Of a stretch of 25,881 nucleotides of DNA, positions 8,473-16,947 are shown one piece after another. Positions within the stretch are counted from its first letter, which is position 1. Each line of letters begins with the position of its first letter. The DNA comes from Pseudomonadota bacterium (GTDB lineage: Bacteria; Desulfobacterota; Desulfobacteria; Desulfobacterales; JBDRRP01): NCBI GenBank assembly GCA_043825735.1, contig JBDRRP010000129.1, forward strand, positions 124,001-149,881. The letters run 5' to 3'. The notes under the pieces are model-generated. The model saw nothing but the letters and a program-made list of their open reading frames with translations. It was not told the origin of the DNA and ran no database searches. A program made the position numbers and the translations under genes.

Positions 8473-8599
8473 AACCACGGAGAACACAGAGATACCCATA
8501 AATGCAATTGATTAAGAACTGCCAAACCGGTTTTCAACTGTCTGCATTTTTTCCGCTGCTCTTTGCGTCTTTGCGTCTCTGCGCGAGAACTGGTTTTCC
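8473..8599. repeat. 9-nt-periodic intergenic repeat element (copy A)
   Basis: AACCACGGAGAACACAGAGA (8473-8492) and CTCTTTGCGTCTTTGCGTCTCTGCGCGAGAACTGGTTTTCC (8559-8599). Both arms recur at 15260-15386. Confidence 0.7.
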
Positions 8600-8608
8600 T
8601 CGTCAATG

Positions 8609-8645
8609 TAAAAGGGCCCGATCGACTAAGGACCGGACCCTTTTA
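8609..8645. terminator. Bidirectional-type rho-independent terminator ending the TAXI-TRAP-DUF2914 operon
   Basis: TAAAAGGGCCCGATC-GACTAAG-GACCGGACCCTTTTA; stem flanked by A and T tracts, about 40 nt after stop 8688. Confidence 0.75.
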
Positions 8646-8687
8646 AAACTCGCCTTCAGTACACGAGGGCACGCACCGAGTGTGTTC

Positions 8688-9110
8688 TTAGTTCACCGTA
8701 AATGCGGCCGTTCCCAGTAAGGCATTCTGCGCGTCCTGAATTTCCACTTTCCAGGCGCCGATCCGTCCGCCCAGCTTTTTACTGGAATGGGTGCGCCACC
8801 GGCCGCTCTGCCCGATCTTCACCGGCACGCGGGCCACTTCTTCGTCCCCGTGAAACCACACGAAACTGACCGTGGTCTCAGCAGGGATATCCCGGGCTTC
8901 GAGAAAGGCAGACACAATGCCAATATCCGCAGTAAACGTGTCCGTAACGCCCACCGGCTCACGGTTTTCCACACCGGTGCACATTTCAAGCCGTGCGATG
9001 GTGAACGGCCCGCCCTCGGCGCGGGCACTTGAAATGCCGATGATCGGCATCGTCATTGCCGCGACACCCACGATAATCGCCAAGCACAACAGTTTTCGTT
9101 TGCAAAACAT
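8688..9110 (-). CDS. DUF2914 domain exported protein (140 aa)
   Basis: ATG 9110 with RBS AAGGAG; signal peptide ending ARA; MCTGVENREPVG..F...VWFH....RWRTHSSK...GAWKVEIQD pattern. The 9611 start in the ORF track overlaps the TRAP gene and is rejected. Confidence 0.85.
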   Translation of the reverse strand: MFCKRKLLCLAIIVGVAAMTMPIIGISSARAEGGPFTIARLEMCTGVENREPVGVTDTFTADIGIVSAFLEARDIPAETTVSFVWFHGDEEVARVPVKIGQSGRWRTHSSKKLGGRIGAWKVEIQDAQNALLGTAAFTVN

Positions 9111-9181
9111 GGCAGTTCTCCTTCCCATTGGTGATGATACGGCTATGGGTCGACCGTGGCCGACCGCGCGAAGCAGCGGTT

Positions 9182-11422
9182 TCAGCCCGCCGCGGTCTGC
9201 TCGTGCGGCCTGGCCTCTGCTTCTCGTTTGTTCTTTCGCTTCTGCCAGAATACCAGCGCAACCACCATCGCGATACCCGTAACATCGGTGGCCACGCCTG
9301 GAATATAACACAATACGGTGGCCACTGCGAAAAAAAACCACTCGGCCACAGTGGTCCGCCGCACCAGGTAACCCATCGTGAGCGCCGAAAACGACAAGGT
9401 GCCCGCCGTGGCGGAAAAGAAAGCAAATATCACCTCCCACAGGGGAAAGGCCGTCGCCGGCGTGGTGTCCCAGTTCTTGAGAAGAATCGCCGGTGTGTAG
9501 GCGAACAAAAACGGCATCACATAGAGCAGCTTGGCGAACTTGAAGCTGGTCCATCCGGTCTTCCAGGGATCGGAACCTGCGATGGCCGCGCCGGCGTAAG
9601 CCGCCACGCAAACCGGCGGCGTGATGTTGGAGTCCTGGCTGAACCAGTAGACGATCTGGTGGGCAGCGATGATCATCACCCCCAGCTCGCCCAGCGCCGG
9701 CACGGCCAGCACCGCGGTAATCAGGTAGGCGGCTGTCACCGGCACCCCCATGCCAAGCACCAGCGAGGCCAGTCCCACCAGCACGATGGCGATGGCCAGA
9801 TTGCCTCCGGCAAGAGAGATGATGATGTCAGAGAACTTGAGCCCGATGCCGGTAAGGGCGATAGAGCCGACGATAATGCCGATGACCCCCACGGTGGCGC
9901 CGATCACCAGGGTGTTACGGGCGCCGGTCACCATGGCCTCGTAGATCTCCTTGGGGCCCATGCGGGTCTCCTTCTTGGCCCAGCTGACAAAAATGCAGCC
10001 GAGAGTGGCCCAGAATGCGGCGAGCCCCGGAGAAAATCCCATGAGCATCAGCACGATGATGACCACCAGGGGCAGCGACATGTACCACTGCTGCTTGAAG
10101 ATCTCCATGGGTTTGGCGATATCTTCCTGGAGTCCGCCGATATTGTTCTTTTTGGCTTCGAAATGGACCATGGTGAGCACGGAAAGAAAATACAAACAGG
10201 CCGGAAAAACGCTCATGAGCATGATGCTCACGTAGGGAATCCCGGTGAGTTCGGCCATGAGAAAGCCGCCTGCCCCCATGACCGGCGGCATGAACATGCC
10301 CCCGATGGAAGCCGCCGGTTCGATGGCCCCGGCAACGTGCGGCTTAAAGCCGGCGCGTTTCATCATGGGAATGGTAAAGGCGCCCGTGGCCACAGTATTG
10401 GCAATGGCGCTGCCCGATATGGAGCCAAAAAGCGCCGATGCCATGACGGCCACCTTGGCCGGCCCGCCTGCAGAGCGACCCACCAGCGACAGGGGCAGGT
10501 CAATGAAAAACCGCCCCGCCCCACTTTTTTGCAGGAAGGCCCCGAAGAAAATAAACAGGATCACGTAGGTTGCCAAAACGTCGGCCATAACCCCGAAGAC
10601 GCCGTCCTGGGTCAAAAAAAGGGCGTTCACGATGCGCTCAAGCCGAAAGCCGCGGTGAGCGAACACTTCGGGCATGTAGGGACCGAAGAGGCAGTAAAGA
10701 ATGAAACAAACGCCCACCAGCGTCATAGACCACCCCAGCACGCGGCGTGTCACTTCCAGGGAGATGATGATCCCGATGAAGCTGATGTAAAAGTCCAGGG
10801 TATTCTCGCTGCCCATGCGGTAGTTAAGCGCCTCGAATTCGGCGATCCAGTAGATCACTACCGAAGCGGCGGTGATGCACAGCAGGATATCGGCGATTCC
10901 GGGAATATTGGCAAAGCGGCGGTGAAGTCGGCGGTCGGCGACGTAAATCACCCAGCCCAGCACCAGGGCTGCGGCCAGCACGCCCCACAGGCCGCCCATG
11001 GCTCCCAAGGCAGCGCCCAGGCCATTTTCTGTGAAAAGCTCCTTGACCGCGACCACCCTTGCATCGAAGGCGTCCAACGAGCCGAATCCCGTCCACAAAC
11101 TGCCTGCAGACGCCAGTCCGATGCCCAGGACCAGGCACAGCACCGGCGTGAGCCACCGCGACCCGGCCGGGTAGAGAATGAACACCAGGACATAAGTGAT
11201 CAGCACATACACCCCTCGGTGGATCTGCGCCGACAGCGGACTGATGCCCGATGAATAAAAGTAGGTGAGCACCATACCCATCATGAGCAGCGCCGATGTC
11301 CAGTACCAGAACCCGCTGACCTTGCGCGTGCTCCGCTCTTCCTTTTCCAGATATTTCTTGACCCGTTCATTGGGTTCGACAGGTGCGTCCGTAATGCCTG
11401 CCTGAAGCTTTTCTAACGACAT
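9182..11422 (-). CDS. TRAP transporter fused permease (4TM/12TM, TAXI type)
   Basis: GGPAKVAV, GSISGSAIAN, TGAFTIPMMKRAG, GMGVPVTAAY, SNITPPV motifs; many TM segments; ATG 11422 with AGGA. Confidence 0.93.
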   Translation of the reverse strand: MSLEKLQAGITDAPVEPNERVKKYLEKEERSTRKVSGFWYWTSALLMMGMVLTYFYSSGISPLSAQIHRGVYVLITYVLVFILYPAGSRWLTPVLCLVLGIGLASAGSLWTGFGSLDAFDARVVAVKELFTENGLGAALGAMGGLWGVLAAALVLGWVIYVADRRLHRRFANIPGIADILLCITAASVVIYWIAEFEALNYRMGSENTLDFYISFIGIIISLEVTRRVLGWSMTLVGVCFILYCLFGPYMPEVFAHRGFRLERIVNALFLTQDGVFGVMADVLATYVILFIFFGAFLQKSGAGRFFIDLPLSLVGRSAGGPAKVAVMASALFGSISGSAIANTVATGAFTIPMMKRAGFKPHVAGAIEPAASIGGMFMPPVMGAGGFLMAELTGIPYVSIMLMSVFPACLYFLSVLTMVHFEAKKNNIGGLQEDIAKPMEIFKQQWYMSLPLVVIIVLMLMGFSPGLAAFWATLGCIFVSWAKKETRMGPKEIYEAMVTGARNTLVIGATVGVIGIIVGSIALTGIGLKFSDIIISLAGGNLAIAIVLVGLASLVLGMGVPVTAAYLITAVLAVPALGELGVMIIAAHQIVYWFSQDSNITPPVCVAAYAGAAIAGSDPWKTGWTSFKFAKLLYVMPFLFAYTPAILLKNWDTTPATAFPLWEVIFAFFSATAGTLSFSALTMGYLVRRTTVAEWFFFAVATVLCYIPGVATDVTGIAMVVALVFWQKRKNKREAEARPHEQTAAG

Positions 11423-11506
11423 GGCCGTATTCCTGACCCGGTGATGGAGGGCAAAACGGGAGAGACCGTCCATGGCCTCTCCCGTCGCCGTTTCTTGGTT
11501 ATGACA

Positions 11507-11542
11507 AAGCAGCCATCGTCATATAAAAACGACAGCGCTGCG
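11507..11542 (-). terminator. Intercistronic hairpin after the TAXI gene (weak terminator or mRNA stabiliser)
   Basis: Minus strand GCAGC(GC)TGTCGT-loop-ACGATGGCTGC-TTT immediately after the stop at 11546. Confidence 0.4.
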
Positions 11543-11545
11543 GCA

Positions 11546-12535
11546 TCACTTGGAAGCCTTGATGGCTTCCGGGATGCTTTTGCCTTTCTCGATCCAGAAC
11601 TTCTCAGCGCCCTTGTGGAGGGGCAGCGGAATGCCGTCGATGCCGTTTTCGATCGTCATCTCAGCGGCGGCCTTATGGGCCTTGACCATGTGATCGAGGC
11701 CTTCAGGAGAAAAAACGACCTTCAAGGCCTGGTATACCGTTTCCGCGTCAACCTTGTCCTGGGTGCACCAGAGGGCTGAATCCTTGAAGGAGGATACGTC
11801 CTGATCCTGCCCCTTGTAGGTTCCGGCCGGAATCTTGGTGGATGCATAGGCCGGATACTTCTCGTAGAACCCGCCTTCTTTAGCGGCCTTATCCACGTCA
11901 AGAAGAATGATGTCATTGGTGGTGCTCGCTTCAATGATCGAGGCGTTGGGGTAGCCAACCAGAACCCAGAAAGCGTCTATTTTGTTGTCGCCGAGGGCCG
12001 AGGCTGCAGCCGAGTAGCCGAGAAACTGAGGCTCCATCTGTCCCCAGATGCCGATCGCTTCAAAAAACCGCTGGGCCGAGAGCGCCGCGCCGGAACCGGC
12101 GTTGCCCACGGCGACTTTCTTTCCGGCCAGCTGCTTGGGCTCGGTGATCCCGCTGTCTTTTCGAACCACCAACTGGGCCGGCGCGCCGTAGAGGTAGGCC
12201 ATGGGACGGACCTTGGTGTACGCCTTGGCGTCTTTGGGCAGTTCACCCTTCGAGCCCAGCCAAATGTCCACCGAGTAAACAATGCCGAAATCGATGTCGC
12301 CGGCGTTGAGGCGCTTGAGGTTCTCCGCCGAACCACCGGTGCCTTCACTGGACACCTCGAGGTTCTCGATGTTTTTGGACATCAAAATGGCGATACCGTT
12401 GGCGAAATACTGAAAGGTGCCGCCGGTGGGGCCGCCGCCGAAAGCGAGCCGTTTCTTTGCCGCCTCTGCAACCGGCCCGAAGGCAAGCGCGACCGTCAAC
12501 AATACAACCAATACCCATGCAATGCGTTGTTTCAT
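11546..12535 (-). CDS. TAXI-family TRAP solute-binding protein
   Basis: Signal peptide MKQRIAW...AEA; GGPTGGTF, TGGSAEN, GNAGSG, PLHKGA motifs; RBS AGGAG before ATG 12535. Confidence 0.93.
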   Translation of the reverse strand: MKQRIAWVLVVLLTVALAFGPVAEAAKKRLAFGGGPTGGTFQYFANGIAILMSKNIENLEVSSEGTGGSAENLKRLNAGDIDFGIVYSVDIWLGSKGELPKDAKAYTKVRPMAYLYGAPAQLVVRKDSGITEPKQLAGKKVAVGNAGSGAALSAQRFFEAIGIWGQMEPQFLGYSAAASALGDNKIDAFWVLVGYPNASIIEASTTNDIILLDVDKAAKEGGFYEKYPAYASTKIPAGTYKGQDQDVSSFKDSALWCTQDKVDAETVYQALKVVFSPEGLDHMVKAHKAAAEMTIENGIDGIPLPLHKGAEKFWIEKGKSIPEAIKASK

Positions 12536-12769
12536 GGCAAATTCTCCTAAAACCGTGAAGGCATCCTTCAGGGATGCGTAAGAATCGTTAAAGCGTGGTC
12601 GAAATAGTATCGGATGATTGATAAAAGAAGAAACGGTTCGTTTCTGGTTGGCAGGCCCACGGGTCCGTCGATAACCAAAGAAAGACCAATTACGCGGTAG
12701 GCCCGGCATCGTCATCCCCCCTTTTCATATAGTGAGATGGTCGTTAAAACGGGTATGGCTCAGGCAGGA

Positions 12770-12785
12770 TGCATGAAGTGTTCCA
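12770..12785 (-). promoter_or_regulatory. Putative sigma54 (-24/-12) promoter for the TAXI-TRAP operon
   Basis: Minus strand TGGAAC-ACTTC-ATGCA has exact GG-N10-GC spacing and points toward the TAXI gene. Confidence 0.5.
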
Positions 12786-13094
12786 CTGACAAAAAACCTG
12801 TTTTTAGGTCATCGGTCCGGCAAATCGGTGCGACTCCAGAGTATAAGCGGAATCGCCGGTTCTGCATTGGCGGCGAAACCGGTCAGCCAAGTTCTTTAAT
12901 GCATGGCGGAATATCGCCACCCATGCGGCCAAAATCTGCCACAGACAACGTGTTTAGAAAGGCGCTCGGCGTTTTGACCCTGGCACCGGCACTCCGCGCT
13001 CCAGAGAGCGCCGCGCTCCGGCCCGACTCATCATCAACCGATTGATATCGCTCGACTTCCGAATCTCTGCGCACCCTGTCCGCGCATGCTATTA

Positions 13095-13123
13095 TTGACA
13101 AGGCCAACTGCCTTTGCTAGGAT
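13095..13123 (+). promoter_or_regulatory. Sigma70 promoter for the Liv-type ABC operon
   Basis: Perfect TTGACA (13095-13100), 17 nt spacer, TAGGAT (13118-13123) with extended -10 TG. Confidence 0.7.
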
Positions 13124-13259
13124 GCTCAGCACGCTACCCCCCGGTTGTGACCACTTAACGACGCATCACATCGCCGCCCGCATCGCGTGTCTGCGGAACC
13201 GATGATGCCTCAAACGACAGGCATCTTATCCACCACCGCCGGTGTCTGGAGAATGGCCC

Positions 13260-14309
13260 ATGGACATGAAACGCGACTACTACGAAGATGTCCGGCTGTT
13301 CTCCTCGCCCGTGATCGTTTTCTGGAGCGCCCTGACCCTGACAGGCCTGATGGCGTTTCCTTTCCTGGTGAAAAACTACTACGTTTACGTCGCCAATTAT
13401 CTGGCCATCAACGTCATTGTGGTCATCGGCCTGAACATTTTGGCGGGCTATACGGGCCAGGTCTCTCTGGGGCACGCCGGCTTTTTTGCCATCGGCGCCT
13501 ACGGCACCGTCGTGATGATGACCCAGTGGCACCTGCCGTTTCCCCTGGCCCTTATTCTGGCAGGCCTGCTGGCGGCAGCCTTCGGTCTGCTTCTCGGGCT
13601 GCCCTCCCTGCGCCTGGAAGGGCCCTATCTGGCCATCGCCACCCTGGGTTTCGGGCTGACCATAACCCAGATCATCGGCCGCATCGAATTGTTCGGCGGC
13701 CGGCAGGGGCTTCACACACCGCCCCTCACCATCGGGCCGTGGCATCTGGACAGTGACCGGGACCTTTACTTTCTCCTGATCCCTCTCACGACACTCCTGC
13801 TGGTGGCCGCCAGAAACCTGACCCGCACCCGGGTGGGTCGGGCCTTCGTGGCCATCCGGGACGCCGAGCTGGCAGCCGAAACCATGGGCGTCAACCTCAC
13901 GATCTACAAAACCCTCGCATTTGCCGTCAGCGCCTTTTACGCGGGCCTTGGTGGCGGACTTTACGCGTTCGTGCTGCGATTCATAGAACCTGAAATTTTC
14001 ACCCTGCTCATGAGCATCATGTTTCTGGCCATGGCAGTGGTGGGCGGACTGGGCTCCATGGCCGGCTCGGTGGCGGGCGCCTGCCTGCTGGCCTGGCTGG
14101 ACCTTCAGCTGCGCAACATATTGAGCATACCGCTGGTGGGCGGGTGGCTGGAAGTCCTGTCCCGAAACTACTTTTCAATCACGGGGGTGTCCAATATCCA
14201 GTTCATCGTTTTCGGCATGATCATGATCCTCATCATGCGCTACGAACCCTTGGGGCTCTACGGGTTCTGGATCCGGACAAAAAAATACTGGAAGACGTGG
14301 CCCTTCTGA
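13260..14309 (+). CDS. livM: HAAT/branched-chain amino acid-type ABC permease (LivM-like)
   Basis: GLNILAGYTGQVSLGHAGFFAIGAY, RLEGPYLAIATLGF, GRAFVAIRD, VVGGLGS. ATG 13260 lies 8 nt after GGAG. Symbol is family-level only. Confidence 0.9.
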   Translation: MDMKRDYYEDVRLFSSPVIVFWSALTLTGLMAFPFLVKNYYVYVANYLAINVIVVIGLNILAGYTGQVSLGHAGFFAIGAYGTVVMMTQWHLPFPLALILAGLLAAAFGLLLGLPSLRLEGPYLAIATLGFGLTITQIIGRIELFGGRQGLHTPPLTIGPWHLDSDRDLYFLLIPLTTLLLVAARNLTRTRVGRAFVAIRDAELAAETMGVNLTIYKTLAFAVSAFYAGLGGGLYAFVLRFIEPEIFTLLMSIMFLAMAVVGGLGSMAGSVAGACLLAWLDLQLRNILSIPLVGGWLEVLSRNYFSITGVSNIQFIVFGMIMILIMRYEPLGLYGFWIRTKKYWKTWPF

Positions 14310-15184
14310 TGACTGAGTTTCTTCAAATGCTTGTCAACGGCATCGCGGTTGGCAGCTCATACGCCCTGATCGGGATGGCGATGGTCATCATCTACAAAAC
14401 CTCGGAAGTGCCCAACTTCGCCCAGGGTGAAATGGCCCTGGCCGCTACTTATATGGCCTACATGCTGATCAGCCAGTATGGCGCCCCCTTTCCAATCGCC
14501 TTGGCGGGCGCGCTGATCTTTGCGGTGGTACTCGGCTTCGTGCTGGAGTTCGCCATTTTGCGCCGGGTCAAGACGCCCAGCGTGCTGGGCATGATTATCA
14601 TCACCATCGGCATGGAAATGGTATTGATGGGACTGGTCTCCTGGAAGTTCGGCGCCGAACAGAAAAATATGCCGTTTCCCATCTCGCCTTATGACAGCGT
14701 GTTCGTCGGAGACATCTTCATCAGCGTGCTGGAAATCATCACCCTGGCGGTGGCGGTCGTGACCATGGGTTTTTTGTTCTTCTTTCTGCGGTACTCCACC
14801 CTGGGCCTGGCCATGAAGGCCACCCAGCAGAACCCTGTGGCCGCGCAGATCATGGGTATCCGTATCCACCGCATCAACATGATCACCTGGGGTCTGTCGT
14901 CGCTGGTCGGCGCCTCGGCCGGTCTGCTGCTGGCACCGGTGGTCATGCAGCCCTACATGATGTGGGACCCTATGCTCAAGGGATTTGCCGCCGCCGTACT
15001 GGGAGGGCTCACATCACTGCCCGGGGCAGTCCTGGGAGCCTACCTGCTGGGAATCATCGAAAACCTTTTCGGGGGATACGTCTCTATCGAATTCAAATCC
15101 GTCGTGGCTTTCGTCATCATCGTGCTGGTGCTGTGCATCCGGCCCAGCGGTCTGTTCACCCGGCACCATGTGAAGAAGGTGTGA
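14309..15184 (+). CDS. livH: HAAT-type ABC permease (LivH-like)
   Basis: NGIAVGSSYAL..IYKTSEVPNFAQG, GLAMKATQQN, KGFAAAVLGG, RPSGLF. ATG overlaps the upstream TGA (TGATG). Symbol is family-level only. Confidence 0.9.
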   Translation: MTEFLQMLVNGIAVGSSYALIGMAMVIIYKTSEVPNFAQGEMALAATYMAYMLISQYGAPFPIALAGALIFAVVLGFVLEFAILRRVKTPSVLGMIIITIGMEMVLMGLVSWKFGAEQKNMPFPISPYDSVFVGDIFISVLEIITLAVAVVTMGFLFFFLRYSTLGLAMKATQQNPVAAQIMGIRIHRINMITWGLSSLVGASAGLLLAPVVMQPYMMWDPMLKGFAAAVLGGLTSLPGAVLGAYLLGIIENLFGGYVSIEFKSVVAFVIIVLVLCIRPSGLFTRHHVKKV

Positions 15185-15199
15185 AATAAAAGAAAAATT

Positions 15200-15414
15200 T
15201 AACCACGAAGTTCACGAAGCACACGAAGGTTTTAATAACCCACTGTTGTAAAAGTTTTTCTTCGTGTTCTCCGTGGTGAACCATTCAATGATTCGGATTT
15301 CGGTGGGCAGAAATGCGTTGTTTTGTCCCTTTTTTGAGTTGAAGTTCTCTGCGTCTTTGCGCCTCTGCGCGAGAATCGGTTTTTCCCAACGATGGCACTG
15401 AGTTCTTCGTGGTT
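15200..15414. repeat. Composite 9-nt-periodic inverted repeat element (copy B)
   Basis: AAC-CACGAAGTT-CACGAAGCA-CACGAAGGT (15201-15230); inverted arms CTTCGTGTT-CTCCGTGGT (15260-15277) and CTTCGTGGTT (15405-15414, exact reverse complement of 15201-15210); internal TCTCTGCGTCTTTGCGCCTCTGCGCGAGA arm shared with copy A. Confidence 0.75.
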
Positions 15415-15484
15415 CGAAATACCGTTCGCCGGAAAACCCGGCGCCGGCCGAGGAAACGTAACCGTCAAATAATGGAGGGGGACC

Positions 15485-16678
15485 ATGAAAAAGCGTTTCG
15501 CAATGAGCATGCTGGTGGTGGCCGTGGTGCTGGCGGCGGGCGTCTGCGCCGCAGGACCCGTCGTTGGGGTTACCGATACTGAAATTCACATCGGCCAGTG
15601 GGGCCCTCAGACCGGACCGGCGGCGGCCTGGGGCTCGGTGGCGCGGGGCACCGATGCCTACTTCAAGTGGATCAACGAGAACGGCGGCATCAACGGGCGC
15701 AAAATCGTCTACCATATGTTCGACGACGGCTACAATCCGGCCAAAACCAAGGCGGGGGTGAAAGAGCTCCAGGAAGGCGTGGGCATCTTTGCCTGGGTGG
15801 GCGGCGTCGGCACCGCTCCGGGTCTTGCAGTGAAAGACTACCTCATGGAACGGGGCATCCCGTGGGTGGGGCCGTCCACCGGATCCGATCACTGGATCAA
15901 TCCGCCGCAGAAGTATCTGTTCGCCGTTTATCCGCTTTACTATCTGGAGGCCAAGGCCCTGGTCCGCTATGCGGTGAAGAACATGGGCAAATCCAAGGTG
16001 GCCATCATCTACCAGAATGACGATTACGGCAAAGGCGGACTCAATGGCGCCAAAGAAGCGCTGGCTGAATTGGGAATGAAGCTCGTGGCCGAAGTGCCGG
16101 TGAACATCACCGACAGCGATCTGAAGCCCCACGTGATGGAGCTCAGAAAATCCGGGGCGGACACGGTCCTTTTGTGGACCACGGTCAAGCATGCCCTCAT
16201 GACGGTGGGCATCAGTGCCGCCATGAAGTTCTCCCCCCAATTCATGAGCACCAGCACCTGCTCGGATTTTCCCCTCATGATGCACATCAGCAAGGGGAGC
16301 TGGCAGGGCGTCATTGCAGCCACCTTCGCCGAGTTGCCCAACTCGGGAGACCCGCTGATCGTCACCTACAAAAAGGATGTCTTCGACAAGTTCGCCGCCA
16401 AGGATGAACGTTGGGGGCTGTTCTACTACGCCGGCATTGCCTTTGCCGAACCGCTGGTGGAAGCGCTGAAACGCACCGGAAAAGATCTCACTCAGGAAAA
16501 AGTGGTCGCCGCGCTGGAAAGCCTCGATGGCTTCAAAGGCATCAGCGGCCGCATCAGCTACAAGCCGTTCAAGGCGGGCGACTCGTCCACACGCCAGGGG
16601 CAGAAGCAGACATTTCTAGTGGAATGCATGGCCGACGGCAGCTCAAAAAAACTCACGGAATGGATGGATGTCGACTGA
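15485..16678 (+). CDS. ABC transporter substrate-binding protein (type 1 PBP, LivK-like fold)
   Basis: RBS GGAGG; signal peptide; GVTDTEIHIG..PQTGPAA, INENGGINGRKI..DDGYNP, YQNDDYG. Confidence 0.92.
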   Translation: MKKRFAMSMLVVAVVLAAGVCAAGPVVGVTDTEIHIGQWGPQTGPAAAWGSVARGTDAYFKWINENGGINGRKIVYHMFDDGYNPAKTKAGVKELQEGVGIFAWVGGVGTAPGLAVKDYLMERGIPWVGPSTGSDHWINPPQKYLFAVYPLYYLEAKALVRYAVKNMGKSKVAIIYQNDDYGKGGLNGAKEALAELGMKLVAEVPVNITDSDLKPHVMELRKSGADTVLLWTTVKHALMTVGISAAMKFSPQFMSTSTCSDFPLMMHISKGSWQGVIAATFAELPNSGDPLIVTYKKDVFDKFAAKDERWGLFYYAGIAFAEPLVEALKRTGKDLTQEKVVAALESLDGFKGISGRISYKPFKAGDSSTRQGQKQTFLVECMADGSSKKLTEWMDVD

Positions 16679-16681
16679 CAT

Positions 16682-16706
16682 GGCCGGCACACCATGGCTG
16701 CCGGCC
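16682..16706 (+). other. GC-rich hairpin just after the SBP stop (probable mRNA 3' stabiliser)
   Basis: Perfect 8-bp stem GGCCGGCA/TGCCGGCC with a 9-nt loop and no U tract. Confidence 0.45.
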
Positions 16707-16797
16707 GAAACGCGGCCGACGGCCCCAACCGCATAGCATACAGACGAGGGCATCAGTATCGGTGCTCATTTGATTAGACGGCATCTCTCGCAAAGTC

Positions 16798-16838
16798 GCC
16801 GTTCGACAGACCCACGGCCCTGGGCGACGTCGAAGGGC
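16798..16838. repeat. REP-like hairpin of the TTCGAC...GTCGAA type
   Basis: GCCGTTCGAC-AGA-CCCA-CGGCCC-TGGG-CGAC-GTCGAAGGGC; outer arms are 9/10 complementary. Confidence 0.6.
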
Positions 16839-16947
16839 AATGATCACAAAAATGAAGCGGTGATGTTAATGCTCCTTGCGCTATGCGCATGAGAGTTAAC
16901 GACGGCAATTGAGTTTCTGGATAACCGTAAAATGAAAAAACTAACTT

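Noticed and set aside
9111..9611. N-terminal extension of the DUF2914 ORF
   Set aside because: Overlaps the TRAP permease in another frame; RBS and signal peptide point to ATG 9110.
9128..11254. 708-aa plus-strand ORF
   Set aside because: Antisense to the TRAP permease; its His/Gly/Gln-rich composition is typical of the reverse strand of a membrane protein gene.
12536..12715. 60-aa in-frame extension of the TAXI protein
   Set aside because: It would bury the signal peptide; a strong AGGAG precedes ATG 12535.
14144..14308. Upstream extension of the livH-like ORF
   Set aside because: Overlaps livM; the coupled TGATG start at 14309 gives a normal-length protein.
15200..15414. CRISPR array or small proteins (ORFs 15232-15510, 8502-8720, 25555-25833)
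   Set aside because: No constant 25-40 nt repeat with unique spacers and no cas genes; the ORFs merely translate the 9-mer repeats (TTENTKK, SRRGAKTQR, FRVFRVFRG).
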